A DNA stretch of 64,000 nt from Candidatus Saganbacteria bacterium. GTDB lineage: Bacteria > Margulisbacteria > WOR-1 > O2-12-FULL-45-9. The position numbers and the translations under genes were made by a program. The notes beneath the pieces are model-generated. The model saw only the letters and a list, made by a program, of their open reading frames with translations, was not told where the DNA came from and ran no database searches. This document shows positions 42,727 through 53,024 of the stretch, piece after piece. The stretch covers positions 269 through 64,268 of the forward strand of contig JAFGDE010000007.1 in NCBI GenBank assembly GCA_016932255.1, in the 5' to 3' direction. Position 1 is the first letter of the stretch. Each line of letters opens with the position of its first letter.

Positions 42727-43961
42727 TCAATTTCCGCATGCTCAAGCTGTCCGATCCCTGGCTCTGGGGTTCGGCTGCCGTTCTGGTCATTATCAGTTTG
42801 CTGGCGATCTTCAGCTGCACGTTCACCCTGCAGGGGAAACTTGGCGCAGATCAGTTCTTCTATGTCAAGCGCCAGCTTTTTTCGCTGTTTATCGGCCTGC
42901 TTGGCCTGGCCTTGTTCACCTATCTGGATTATCATCATTTAAAAAAACTGGCGCCGCCGCTCTATATAATAATGTTGCTGATGCTGGCAGCCATCATTCT
43001 TTTTAGCGGTACCGGCGAAAGCGCGGCCCGCTGGTTCCAGCTGGGCCCTTTTTCCTTTCAGCCGTCCGAACTATCCAAACTGATTATGGTCATTTCCCTA
43101 GCGGTCTTCTTTGCCCAGAGACAGAAGGTCGACGGCCTGATCGATACCGGCGCGCTGCTGCTGATGGTCGGCGTGCCTTTTTTGCTGATCTTCAAGCAGC
43201 CGGACCTGGGCACGGCCCTGGTATTTGTTTTTATTCTGATAGGCATGCTGGCGGCCAGCGAAACGTCGCCAAAATTGCTGACCCTTTTGCTTACACCGAT
43301 GATCTCAGCCCTGCTCAGGCCGCTGTTACTGGTCTGGCTGCTTTACCTGGCGGCGATCATTGTTATCCTGTTCCTGACGCGCGCTTCGGTCTGGGATTGG
43401 CTGATGATCCTGGGGGTCAATATCATTGTCGGGATCGCTGTGCCTTATATCTGGGGCATGCTCAAACCCTATCAGCAGCAGCGGATTGTGGCCTTCCTCA
43501 ACCCCGGGGCTGATCCTCATGGGGCCGGCTACCACAGTCTGCAGTCGAAGATCGCCCTGGGCAACGGCGGCTTTTTTGGCCGCGGTTTCATGCGCGGCAC
43601 CCAGACTCAATTGCACTTTATCCCGGAACAGCACTCTGACTTCATTTTTTCCGTGATCGGCGAGGAATTCGGTTTTCTGGGCGCGGGTTTGGTCCTGGCT
43701 TTGTTCGGAATCATGCTTTGGCGGGCTTTCACCATAGCTGCCGGAGCGGCTGACCGGTTAGGCAGCCTTTTGGCTGCCGGTATCGGGGTGATGACGGGTT
43801 TTCATGTAGTGGCCAATATTGGTATGACGCTGGGGCTTTTACCGGTCGTGGGCATGCCGCTGCCTTTTGTCAGTTTTGGCGGCTCATCGCTGATCATGAA
43901 CCTGATGGGGCTGGGCATTCTGCAGAGCATTGACATGCGGCGGCAGAAAATAATCTTTTAA
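42723..43961 (+). CDS. FtsW/RodA/SpoVE (SEDS) family protein, RodA-like
   Basis: 412 aa with 10 TM helices. Motifs FQPSELSKL, KQPDLGTAL, PEQHSDFIF and GLLPVVGMPLPFVSFGGSS. Confidence 0.75.
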   Translation: MINFRMLKLSDPWLWGSAAVLVIISLLAIFSCTFTLQGKLGADQFFYVKRQLFSLFIGLLGLALFTYLDYHHLKKLAPPLYIIMLLMLAAIILFSGTGESAARWFQLGPFSFQPSELSKLIMVISLAVFFAQRQKVDGLIDTGALLLMVGVPFLLIFKQPDLGTALVFVFILIGMLAASETSPKLLTLLLTPMISALLRPLLLVWLLYLAAIIVILFLTRASVWDWLMILGVNIIVGIAVPYIWGMLKPYQQQRIVAFLNPGADPHGAGYHSLQSKIALGNGGFFGRGFMRGTQTQLHFIPEQHSDFIFSVIGEEFGFLGAGLVLALFGIMLWRAFTIAAGAADRLGSLLAAGIGVMTGFHVVANIGMTLGLLPVVGMPLPFVSFGGSSLIMNLMGLGILQSIDMRRQKIIF

Positions 43962-45196
43962 AGCTTGAACTCAGCCTCGACCGAGCCAACAGCCCCGAAG
44001 GTTTCGTCCTTGACCGAGATCACCACCTGCCTGGCGCTGACCCATTCATCCATCTTTTTCAGATAGACATTGCCTGAGAGCGTCAGCAGTTCGGTGTTAT
44101 CGTCATAAACAGCCTGATCGGCCTTGGCTTCCCTTGTCTGCTGCGTTACCAGAACGTGGCCGTCAGCCTGGGCATTGCCGCTGCGAGTGAAGATAATCAA
44201 GGAATCAGATGTCAGGACTGTCTTTTCTTTGAGTATTCTGGTCGCTTCCTTGTTCCTCAGCTGCTTAACCGTGCTGTCCTTGAGCACGGCCGCGGCCTTT
44301 TCAAAGACAGCTTTGACATTGCCGTTGAGAAGCAGACGGCCGCTTGGCTGCGAGTAGATGCCGTTGTCGCCGATGGCCAGTTTTTTGCCCTGGACTGCTT
44401 CAACATTGCCGACCAGGACCATGTCCCGGTTCATGTCCGAATAGAAAGTGGCATGGTCAGCCCTCATCCTGGTCTTCAGCTTTGTTTCGGTAACGTTCAG
44501 ATCGATATGGTTATCGGCCACCAGTTTCTCATCTGGCCCATAGTAGCGTAGTTTGTCACAGGTCATGCGTCCGTCCTGCCGGCGGATACTGATGTTATCA
44601 TGGATCTCGGCCACGCGCTGTTCGTGGTCGATCCTGATCTTGTCAGAATAGATCGAACTGTCCTTTTTATGGAGCTGGACCGAACCGCTCAGCTCGGTCG
44701 CCTTGTGCTGTGGCAGGTACTTGAGATAGTCCGCCGTGATGCGCGCCCATTCGCTCAGGCCCTGCCGCTGGGTCGAGATCTTGCGCAGATCAAGCCTGGC
44801 ATGTAGCAGGCTTTTCCCTTCTGTTCTGCCCTCGGGCCTGCCGTAGACCTCGATCATATCGGTCCGGCGGTAAGCCTTGGCAAAGGGAGCCGAAAGTTCA
44901 GCCACGACCAGCTGCTCATCCATGAATATTTGGCCGTGGCTCACGTCGTAGAGATAATTGATCTCGTGGTTCTTGCTGGTCCAACCTTCTTTGACGGTAA
45001 GTTCCCAGACCTTCCTGCCGGTCTTGCGGCCTGCCAGCCGGGCGTCCTTGAACTCGGCGATCTTATCCGTCTTCTCATCGGTGAAGTAGGGGGATTGGCT
45101 GGGAGAGATGAACAAATAAGCCACGACCATGATGATCAATGAGAAAATAGCGGCGATATAGATGATCTTCCAGGCCAGGTTCTCGTCCATGGTCAT
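43958..45196 (-). CDS. Membrane-anchored protein with repeated OstA/LptA-LptC-like beta-jellyroll segments
   Basis: An N-terminal TM anchor, then repeats of the pattern ...L.GNV.. (LVGNVEAV, LNGNVKAV, LSGNVYLK) typical of the LptC/LptA fold. Assignment by pattern only. Confidence 0.45.
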   Translation of the reverse strand: MTMDENLAWKIIYIAAIFSLIIMVVAYLFISPSQSPYFTDEKTDKIAEFKDARLAGRKTGRKVWELTVKEGWTSKNHEINYLYDVSHGQIFMDEQLVVAELSAPFAKAYRRTDMIEVYGRPEGRTEGKSLLHARLDLRKISTQRQGLSEWARITADYLKYLPQHKATELSGSVQLHKKDSSIYSDKIRIDHEQRVAEIHDNISIRRQDGRMTCDKLRYYGPDEKLVADNHIDLNVTETKLKTRMRADHATFYSDMNRDMVLVGNVEAVQGKKLAIGDNGIYSQPSGRLLLNGNVKAVFEKAAAVLKDSTVKQLRNKEATRILKEKTVLTSDSLIIFTRSGNAQADGHVLVTQQTREAKADQAVYDDNTELLTLSGNVYLKKMDEWVSARQVVISVKDETFGAVGSVEAEFKL

Positions 45197-45210
45197 GAAT
45201 TATAGCACGG

Positions 45211-45239
45211 TTGACACCCCTTGCCCAATAATGTATAAT
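45211..45239 (+). promoter_or_regulatory. Consensus sigma70-type promoter of the gap-pgk operon
   Basis: TTGACA (45211-45216), 17 nt, then TATAAT (45234-45239). It is followed by a 62-nt leader with a small hairpin (CCCTC-TCG-GAGGG) and an AAGGAGG SD. Confidence 0.6.
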
Positions 45240-45289
45240 TTTCGCTTGTTGTTCGTCGAGAAATAAATAAACCCTCTCGGAGGGTATAA

Positions 45290-46306
<1,017 letters not shown>

Positions 46307-46317
46307 GGAGCGCATAA

Positions 46318-47520
46318 ATGGCCAAAAAAACCGTCGCGGATATCCCGGACAAGGACCTTAAGGGTAAAAGAGTCTTTGTCCGCTGTGATTTTAATGTTCC
46401 GCTGGATGACAAGCAGAACATAACTTCGGACAAGCGGATCAAGGCAGCAATGCCGACGATCGAATATCTGATCAAAAAAGGGGCCAGGGTTATTCTGGCC
46501 TCTCATTTAGGCAGGCCCAAAGGCCAGGCCAAGCCGGAATTCAGCCTAGCTCCAGTCCAGAAAAGTTTATCCAAACTGCTGGGCAAAGAGATCAAAATGG
46601 CTCCGGACTGTGTCGGCCCTGAGGTCAAGAAACTGGTTGACGGCCTGCAGGACGGGGACGTCATTCTCCTGGAAAACCTTCGTTTTCACAAGGAAGAGGA
46701 AAAGAACGACCCTAAGTTTGCCAAAGAGATGGCTTCCCTGGCTGATATCTATGTTTCCGATGCTTTTGGCACTGTTCACCGCGCGCATGCTTCAACTGAA
46801 GGCATTACCCATGACCTGCCGGCCTATGCCGGATTTCTGATCGAGAAAGAACTGGAATTTTTGGGCGGGGCTTTGACCGAGCCCAAAAGGCCTTTTGTGG
46901 CCATTATTGGCGGGGCCAAAATTTCCGGCAAGCTCGAGGTCTTAAAGAGTTTGCTGACCAAAGTGGACAAGTTGATCGTTGGCGGCGGCATGGCTTATAC
47001 TTTTTTCAAGGCCAGAGGCACCAAGGTTGGCAACTCCCTGGTCGAGGATGATCTGATCAAGGACGCAAAAGAGATCCTTAAAACGGCAATTGACCGAGAC
47101 GTGCCGTTCCTGCTGCCGCTGGACCATGTAGTGGCGGATAAGTTCGCGGAAGATGCCAATGTCCAGATAGTACCCAGGACCACGATCCCTGATGGATGGA
47201 TGGGCGTGGATATCGGGCCAGAGACCATAACCAAGTTCAAGAACGCGATCAAGGACGCCAAGACCATTGTCTGGAACGGCCCTATGGGTGTTTTTGAAAT
47301 GGAAAAATTCGCTAAGGGCACGATCGAGATCGCGAAAGCCGTGGCTGAAGCAACAGCTAACGGCGCGGTTTCTGTCATTGGCGGCGGTGATTCTGCCTCC
47401 GCGGTCAAGAAGGCCGGGCTGGCGGACAAAATGTCCCATATTTCCACTGGCGGTGGAGCATCCTTGGAGTTTCTTGAAGGTAAAGTTTTGCCGGGGATCG
47501 CCGTTCTGCAAGATAAATAG
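46318..47520 (+). CDS. pgk: Phosphoglycerate kinase
   Basis: [21 protein letters not shown] and GGGDSA motifs. 400 aa. Confidence 0.95.
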   Translation: MAKKTVADIPDKDLKGKRVFVRCDFNVPLDDKQNITSDKRIKAAMPTIEYLIKKGARVILASHLGRPKGQAKPEFSLAPVQKSLSKLLGKEIKMAPDCVGPEVKKLVDGLQDGDVILLENLRFHKEEEKNDPKFAKEMASLADIYVSDAFGTVHRAHASTEGITHDLPAYAGFLIEKELEFLGGALTEPKRPFVAIIGGAKISGKLEVLKSLLTKVDKLIVGGGMAYTFFKARGTKVGNSLVEDDLIKDAKEILKTAIDRDVPFLLPLDHVVADKFAEDANVQIVPRTTIPDGWMGVDIGPETITKFKNAIKDAKTIVWNGPMGVFEMEKFAKGTIEIAKAVAEATANGAVSVIGGGDSASAVKKAGLADKMSHISTGGGASLEFLEGKVLPGIAVLQDK

Positions 47521-47548
47521 TCGTGAGTTGTCAGTCGTTGGTTATAAT

Positions 47549-47621
47549 GGGGCTGTAGCTCAGCTGGGAGAGCGCCTCGTTCGCAACGAGGAGGTCGTCG
47601 GTTCGATCCCGATCAGCTCCA
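47549..47621 (+). tRNA. tRNA-Ala (anticodon CGC), no encoded CCA
   Basis: Cloverleaf: acceptor GGGGCTG/CAGCTCC with the G3:U70 Ala identity pair, D-arm GCTC/GAGC, anticodon stem CCTCG/CGAGG with loop TTCGCAA, and T-arm GTCGG-TTCGATC-CCGAT. Confidence 0.9.
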
Positions 47622-47625
47622 CAAG

Positions 47626-47739
47626 AATGGTGTAGCTCAGTCCCGACGACATTAATATGATAAAATAGTGGAAAGTCGGGACTGGGAGAGCGCCTCGTTC
47701 GCAACGAGGAGATCGTCGGTTCGATCCCGATCAGCTCCA
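47626..47739 (+). pseudogene. Second tRNA-Ala(CGC)-derived copy with a 41-nt hairpin insertion in the D-loop and a degenerate 5' acceptor strand
   Basis: From T8 onward it is identical to the first copy except for one G-to-A change in the variable loop and the insertion at 47641-47681 (stem TCCCGAC/GTCGGGA, AT-rich 27-nt loop). The 5' strand AATGGTG pairs at only 3 of 7 positions with CAGCTCC. Confidence 0.6.
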
Positions 47740-47758
47740 TTCTTTAAAAGGTGTCAGA

Positions 47759-48262
47759 GTGGAATCGACCCTGGTAATAATCAAGCCGGACGGTCTTAAA
47801 AAATCCCTGACCGGGAATATCCTCACCAGGTTGTCCGAGACCAAATTGCGCATTATCGGCGCCAAGGTCCTGCGCGTTTCCCGGGAACTGGCTGAGAAGC
47901 ATTACGCTCATCTCAAGGATAAGCCTTTCTTTGGTGACGTGGTCAAGTACATCACCGGTGAGCTCCATGGCAAACAATATGCCAGGGTCATGGCGCTGGT
48001 CTACCACGGCAAGGACGCCATCTCCAAGGTCAGGCAGCTGGCCGGCACGACCAATCCTGAAGAGGCCGAGCCGACCAGCATTCGCGGCCAGTACGGCAGG
48101 CTGACGACCAACGGCCTGTTCGAGAACGTGCTCCACTGCAGCGCCAATGCCAAGGAAGCGGAACAGGAGATCAAGCTCTGGTTCCAGCCTGACGAGCTTG
48201 TTGATCCGATATACAAAACGAAAGATGTCGAAGAAAAGACCCAAAAGCGTGTTTGGGCCTGA
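47759..48262 (+). CDS. ndk: Nucleoside-diphosphate kinase
   Basis: ESTLVIIKPDG, GTTNP and NVLHCSA (active-site His) motifs. GTG start with an AAGGTG SD. Confidence 0.9.
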   Translation: MESTLVIIKPDGLKKSLTGNILTRLSETKLRIIGAKVLRVSRELAEKHYAHLKDKPFFGDVVKYITGELHGKQYARVMALVYHGKDAISKVRQLAGTTNPEEAEPTSIRGQYGRLTTNGLFENVLHCSANAKEAEQEIKLWFQPDELVDPIYKTKDVEEKTQKRVWA

Positions 48263-48298
48263 TCGGTCGATCCCATCTAGTAAATAGGAGGAGTCACT

Positions 48299-49051
48299 AT
48301 GTTCGAAGCGTTCTTTTGGCCCGTGTTCATTATCGTCATTTTTCTGGCCTTGAGAGGTCTCAGGCTGCTGTATCAGTATGAACGGGGGGTCCTGTTCACA
48401 CTGGGTAAATTCACTGAGGTCAAGGAGCCGGGCTTAAGATGGATCTTTCCCATCATCCAATCGATGAGAAAGGTCGATATCCGCATCAAGACCGCCGATG
48501 TCCCCAGACAGGAAGTCATGACCAAGGATAATATTCCGCTGCTAGCCAATACGGTCGTCTATTTTAAGGTCGAACGTCCGGCCGATGCGGTCATCAAGAT
48601 CGAAGACTATGAATTCGCCGTCAGGCAGTATACCCAGGCCGCCCTGCGCGATGTCGTCGGCAATTCTGAGCTTGATTTTGTCCTGACCGAGCGTGAAAAG
48701 GTCGCTTCCAGCATCAAGGAGATCGTGGATGCCGAAACCTCGGGCTGGGGCATTGATATCGAGTCGATCAAGATCCAGGAGATCGAACTGCCGGCCGAGA
48801 TGAAGCGGGCCATGGCCAAGCAGGCTGAGGCTGAGCGCGAAAGGCGCGCGGTCATCATCGCGGCAGAAGGCGAATTGAAAGCCTCGGAGAACTTGAGTAA
48901 AGCGGCTGATAACCTGGCTAAAAGCCCGATCGCGGTCCAGCTCAGGACATTACAGACGATCCGGGATATTGCGGCCGATCCTTCTGAAAAGATCGTGCTG
49001 TTCCTGCCGTCTGATATGAGCGAGATGATCAAAAAGATCACCGGCCATTAG
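48299..49051 (+). CDS. SPFH/band-7 (stomatin-like) membrane protein
   Basis: An N-terminal TM, then YERGVLFTLGKF...VDIRIKT...TKDNIP..., typical of stomatin/slipin proteins, with an Ala/Glu-rich C-terminal helix. Confidence 0.8.
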   Translation: MFEAFFWPVFIIVIFLALRGLRLLYQYERGVLFTLGKFTEVKEPGLRWIFPIIQSMRKVDIRIKTADVPRQEVMTKDNIPLLANTVVYFKVERPADAVIKIEDYEFAVRQYTQAALRDVVGNSELDFVLTEREKVASSIKEIVDAETSGWGIDIESIKIQEIELPAEMKRAMAKQAEAERERRAVIIAAEGELKASENLSKAADNLAKSPIAVQLRTLQTIRDIAADPSEKIVLFLPSDMSEMIKKITGH

Positions 49052-49057
49052 AATATT

Positions 49058-49726
49058 GTGCTGCTGGAAAAGAAAAAACGTTACCTGCAAATAGCTTTTA
49101 ACGCCGATCTCTGGCAGGCCCAGCAGTTATTGCCATCCATCCCATACGATCCGCGTATTTTTATAGAAGCTGGGACTCCATTCATCAAACGGGAAGGGAC
49201 TGCCGGTATCAGGCTGATCTCGTCCACTTGGCCTGGTGTGGTCGTGGCCGATCTCAAGGTCACTGACGGCGCCGCGGGCGAAGTCAAAATTGCCAGGGAA
49301 GCCGGCGCTTCAGCCATGACCTGCATGGGCAGCGCGCCGATCGAAACGATCAATCTTTTTATCAGGACCTGCAAACAGCATAAAGCGATATCCATGATCG
49401 ATATGCTGGGTGTAGTTGAGCCTCACCGCGTCCTGCTCAAGTTAAAACAACCGCCGGATGTGGTGGTCCTGCATAAAGGCAGGGATGAGGAATCGACGCG
49501 CGGCAAAGTTATTCAGTACAAGCATGTCAATAAGATCAGGAGCAAGTATGACGTGCTGATCTCGGCTGCCGGAGGTGTTGATCTAAAAGAAGCCAGGAGC
49601 GCGATCTTCAACGGTGCCAATATCGTTGTGGCGAACATCGTTTCGCCTGAGGACCCCTGGACCGGGATCAGATCAAATGAAGATGTGGCCAAGATCTCAC
49701 AACAGTTCCTGGCAACGATCGCCTAA
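49058..49726 (+). CDS. OMP-decarboxylase-fold protein, 3-hexulose-6-phosphate synthase-like
   Basis: LQIAFNADL...IFIEAGTPFIKREG...VVADLKVTDGAAGE...AGASAMTCMG follows the HPS/KGPDC pattern. GTG start. Confidence 0.6.
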   Translation: MLLEKKKRYLQIAFNADLWQAQQLLPSIPYDPRIFIEAGTPFIKREGTAGIRLISSTWPGVVVADLKVTDGAAGEVKIAREAGASAMTCMGSAPIETINLFIRTCKQHKAISMIDMLGVVEPHRVLLKLKQPPDVVVLHKGRDEESTRGKVIQYKHVNKIRSKYDVLISAAGGVDLKEARSAIFNGANIVVANIVSPEDPWTGIRSNEDVAKISQQFLATIA

Positions 49727-51354
49727 GCGACCAGGGTCTTTGCCGTCATGTCCTCTGGTTTTTCCAGCCCCATCAGGTCAAGGACCGTTACCCCGATATC
49801 AGGGATGATGCCGGTCTTTTTCAACGTGATCGCATTGCCCAGGACCCAGAAGGGGACGGGATTGAGCGAGTGCTGCGTGCTCTGGACCATTTTATCGCCT
49901 TTTTTAATCTCCATTTCATCGCAATTGCCGTGATCAGCGGTGATAATGAAAAGGCCGCCGGTCTTGGTCCAGGCCGGAACAAGCTGCTCCAGGCATTTGG
50001 ATAGATGGCTGATCGCAGCCGTGGCAGCTTCGATATTGCCGGTATGGCCGACCATGTCGCCGTTCTGGAAATTGTGGACGATCAGCGAATAATTATTTTC
50101 TGCCATCGCTTTAAGTGAATAATCCGTTTCAAGATAAGCGGTCATTTCCGGGACCCAGTCGTAGTGCTTGCCTTCCTGGGTGCGTTCTTTCAATCTCAGG
50201 TCCTGGGCCAGATGCCGGTCCTCACCGGGAAAGGGCTCGGTGCGCCTGCCGGAGAACCAGCCGGTCACATGGGCGAACTTCTCAGGACCGGCCAGTCTGA
50301 GCTGTTTCAGCCCGGCCCGGGAAACGATCTCTCCGACAGTATCAGGGATCTCTTTCTCCGGGAAAGCGGTCAGGGCGTTTAGACCGGGGTAATATTCCGT
50401 CATAGCAACAAAGACAATATCCATGATGCGCGAGCGGATCTGCTGGATCTCGTTGTAAACGCTCTCATTGATCGGGTTTGTGCCTTTCTTGTAATTGAAG
50501 AAATTGTGGTCCTGTTCGCGGAAGGCCATGGTCAGTTCCATGCCGCGGTCCTGGCGGAAATTCCAGAAGATAACGGAATCTTTAGGGCCGATGCCCTTGT
50601 AGTCCCCGATGATGCTCGGCCGGATGAACTCGTCTGTCTCATTCCTGTCGTATGAAGCTTTGATCGCTTCGGCCGCTGAACTGGCTTTGTACTTGCCTTC
50701 ACCTTTAGCCAGGGCTTTAAGCGCGACCAGGATCTTGTCCCAAGCCGTGTCGCGGTCCATGGCTACTTCGCGGCCCATGACCGATCTGATCTTAACGATA
50801 CTGGTCATGGCCAGCTCGGAGATATTTTTATGCAGCATCGGCAGGTAGATCTCGCCGGCGGCTTTCGGGTTCGTGTCCCTGCCGTCGGTAAATAAATGGA
50901 TGTCGATATTTTTCAGACCGGCTTGTTTGCCCAGCTCAAGCAGGGCGAACAGGTGTTTGATACTGCCGTGGACCGTGCCGCCATGGCCCTGCAGAATGCC
51001 CATCAGGTGCAGGGTTGAACCGTTCTTTTTGCAATTATTGACGGCCTGGAGCAGGGCATCATTCTTGAAGAAGCTTTGGTCTTCGATCGCCACATTGATC
51101 CTTTCGATCGATTGATAGACGACCCGGCCGGCCCCCATGTTCAGGTGGTTGACCTCTGAATTACCCATCGTGCCTTCCGGCAGGCCGACAGCCCGGCCTG
51201 AACATTCAAGGCTGGCGTAAGGCTGTTTATTGAACAATTGCTTGATAAACGGGGCCTTGCCCTGAGCTATCGCTTGATAAATAGCATTCTCATTATCTTT
51301 TTTGCCGATCGCGAAACCATCCAGGATACAAAGATAAACAGGAGTATTTGTCAT
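49723..51354 (-). CDS. gpmI: 2,3-bisphosphoglycerate-independent phosphoglycerate mutase
   Basis: VYLCILDGFAIG, GNSEVNHLNMGAGRV and ITADHGNCDEM motifs. 543 aa. Confidence 0.9.
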   Translation of the reverse strand: MTNTPVYLCILDGFAIGKKDNENAIYQAIAQGKAPFIKQLFNKQPYASLECSGRAVGLPEGTMGNSEVNHLNMGAGRVVYQSIERINVAIEDQSFFKNDALLQAVNNCKKNGSTLHLMGILQGHGGTVHGSIKHLFALLELGKQAGLKNIDIHLFTDGRDTNPKAAGEIYLPMLHKNISELAMTSIVKIRSVMGREVAMDRDTAWDKILVALKALAKGEGKYKASSAAEAIKASYDRNETDEFIRPSIIGDYKGIGPKDSVIFWNFRQDRGMELTMAFREQDHNFFNYKKGTNPINESVYNEIQQIRSRIMDIVFVAMTEYYPGLNALTAFPEKEIPDTVGEIVSRAGLKQLRLAGPEKFAHVTGWFSGRRTEPFPGEDRHLAQDLRLKERTQEGKHYDWVPEMTAYLETDYSLKAMAENNYSLIVHNFQNGDMVGHTGNIEAATAAISHLSKCLEQLVPAWTKTGGLFIITADHGNCDEMEIKKGDKMVQSTQHSLNPVPFWVLGNAITLKKTGIIPDIGVTVLDLMGLEKPEDMTAKTLVA

Positions 51355-51425
51355 GATGAACGTTATTTTACTATATTATTATCCATTTGACAAAGAGAAA
51401 GGTCTGGGTTAAAATTAAACCTGAA

Positions 51426-51641
51426 ATGAGAGGATTTTTACTAATATTGCAGCTTATATCCGCCTTGGCCCTGGTCGTGGCGGTACTGATGCACGCAGCC
51501 AAAGGCGAGGGTTTGGGCGGTATTGGTGGCGCGGCCAAAATATTCGGCACACCAAAAGGCATGGAAAAAGGTCTTGACCGGGTAACATGGGCCTGCGCGA
51601 TAGCGTTCCTTTCGATCTCAATATTAATAATCGCCCTTTAG
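51426..51641 (+). CDS. secG: Preprotein translocase subunit SecG
   Basis: 71 aa. LLILQLISALALVVAVLMHAAKGEGLGGIGG...FG... is the SecG signature, with a second TM at the C-terminus. Confidence 0.75.
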   Translation: MRGFLLILQLISALALVVAVLMHAAKGEGLGGIGGAAKIFGTPKGMEKGLDRVTWACAIAFLSISILIIAL

Positions 51642-51683
51642 ATCGCTGATGAACCGGGTGAGTTCACCCAAAAGGGGGTAAAT

Positions 51684-52340
51684 ATGACGATTGATACGCT
51701 AGCTGCTTCTTTGGTCTCTTCCTGGTCCATTATTGCTCCGCTTGTCCTTCAGTTACTGGTCGCTTTGTTCCTTCTGCTGGTTGGTTTACTTGTTGCCCGC
51801 GGTCTGGAAAATATCTCTATCATGCTGATGAAAGTGATCCAGCTTGATAAAGCTTCTGATCAGATCGGGTTTGACGACCTGCTGGCCAAGGGTGGGGTCA
51901 AGAAAGATGCTTCTGAACTGGTTGGGGCTTTGGTCTATTGGATCACGGTCCTGATAGCAGTGGTCGCGGTGGCCGGTGCCATGGGACTGCCGGTCGAGAT
52001 CGCCGTTCCGATGGTCTTCGCTTATATGGTTGTTGTCCTGCTGGCCGCTTTAATCCTGGCTTTGGGCGTATTCCTGGCAGGTTTGATCTCCGGCATTATC
52101 CGTGTCATCATGGCCAATCTTGGACTTGAAGGCGCCAAGCTCCTGCCGAGATTGATCTATTATATAATAATCATTTTCTCCTTTTTGGCGGCATTGGCCG
52201 AGCTTGGCTTCCGGCCGAACTGGGCGCCGCATATCGGCATCATTCTGGGCATGCCAGCCTTAGCTGCTGCTATTGCTTTTGGTCTTGGCTGCAAGGATAT
52301 GGCGGCCGATTTCCTGAACAATCTGATCCGGGGAAAATAA
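51684..52340 (+). CDS. Polytopic membrane protein with repeated conserved TM-helix segments
   Basis: 218 aa with repeated hydrophobic helices, reminiscent of the 'conserved TM helix' repeat found at the N-terminus of some mechanosensitive channels. Weak assignment. Confidence 0.4.
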   Translation: MTIDTLAASLVSSWSIIAPLVLQLLVALFLLLVGLLVARGLENISIMLMKVIQLDKASDQIGFDDLLAKGGVKKDASELVGALVYWITVLIAVVAVAGAMGLPVEIAVPMVFAYMVVVLLAALILALGVFLAGLISGIIRVIMANLGLEGAKLLPRLIYYIIIIFSFLAALAELGFRPNWAPHIGIILGMPALAAAIAFGLGCKDMAADFLNNLIRGK

Positions 52341-52346
52341 TCGATA

Positions 52347-52385
52347 AAAGACCCCTGGAGTCTTACTTCAGGGGTCTTTTTATTT
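52347..52385 (+). terminator. Rho-independent terminator
   Basis: AAAAGACCCCTG (52347-52358) / CAGGGGTCTTTT (52369-52380), followed by a T-rich tail. Confidence 0.75.
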
Positions 52386-52435
52386 GACTGACCCTTAAAT
52401 CTGTGTTAAATTCTCTGCAAAAGGAGGTGAAATGA

Positions 52436-52915
52436 ATGAAAAAGATCATTGCTATTTTAGGCCTGGTCACTTTAGTTGCCACCGCTTCCTCTGCTGTCAT
52501 GAGAGTCGGCGTGGAAGATGGCATCCCCTATATGGGCTGGCAGCTGACCGAGATGCAGGCTCTCGACGTTGGATTGGGTTATACTTCGACCAATGACGGG
52601 AATAACACTAACCTGAACCTGTTCGGGAAGTACACCCAGAACATCGTTGAGGCCAAGAATGTTAAACTGAATTGGTCTGGCACACTGGGACTTGCTTCAA
52701 CCAAGCAGGCGGCCGGCGTGGCTTCAGCGACCTGGACAACCATTTCCCTTATCGGTTCTCTGGGTGCGGAGTATATGATCAATGATGTTATTGCCATTTA
52801 TGGCGATATCGATCTGTTAATGCTTCAGAGCATGAGCGGGGATGTCACAGGAACCAATATTTGGTTGGTTACCGGCTCCGGCAACTGCTACTCAGGCATC
52901 AGGATCTATATTTAA
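52436..52915 (+). CDS. Small secreted beta-barrel-like (outer-membrane-type) protein
   Basis: AAGGAGGTG SD, signal peptide MKKIIAILGLVTLVATASSA, alternating strands and a C-terminal ...SGIRIYI. Confidence 0.5.
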   Translation: MKKIIAILGLVTLVATASSAVMRVGVEDGIPYMGWQLTEMQALDVGLGYTSTNDGNNTNLNLFGKYTQNIVEAKNVKLNWSGTLGLASTKQAAGVASATWTTISLIGSLGAEYMINDVIAIYGDIDLLMLQSMSGDVTGTNIWLVTGSGNCYSGIRIYI

Positions 52916-52940
52916 TATCTAGGATCCAAGATATTATTAA

Positions 52941-52975
52941 AAAAGCCCCCGGGTATTACCCGGGGGCTTTTAGTT
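52941..52975 (+). terminator. Rho-independent terminator
   Basis: AAAAGCCCCCGGG (52941-52953), loop TATTA, CCCGGGGGCTTTT (52959-52971), then a T-rich tail. Confidence 0.75.
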
Positions 52976-52989
52976 ATCCGGCATTATTA

Positions 52990-53018
52990 TTGTTAAGACG
53001 ATAAAAAAGTGATAAAAT
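52990..53018 (+). promoter_or_regulatory. Promoter with an extended -10 ending 6 nt before the mraY GTG
   Basis: TTGTTA (52990-52995), 17 nt, then TGaTAAAAT (hexamer at 53013-53018). GTG at 53025, with no SD. Confidence 0.45.
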
Positions 53019-53024
53019 ATTCAA

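Noticed and set aside
47543-47548. A TATAAT hexamer directly abutting the 5' end of tRNA-Ala as its promoter.
   Set aside because: A start about 7 nt downstream would fall inside the mature tRNA. The tRNA is more likely transcribed by read-through from pgk or from a promoter I cannot identify.
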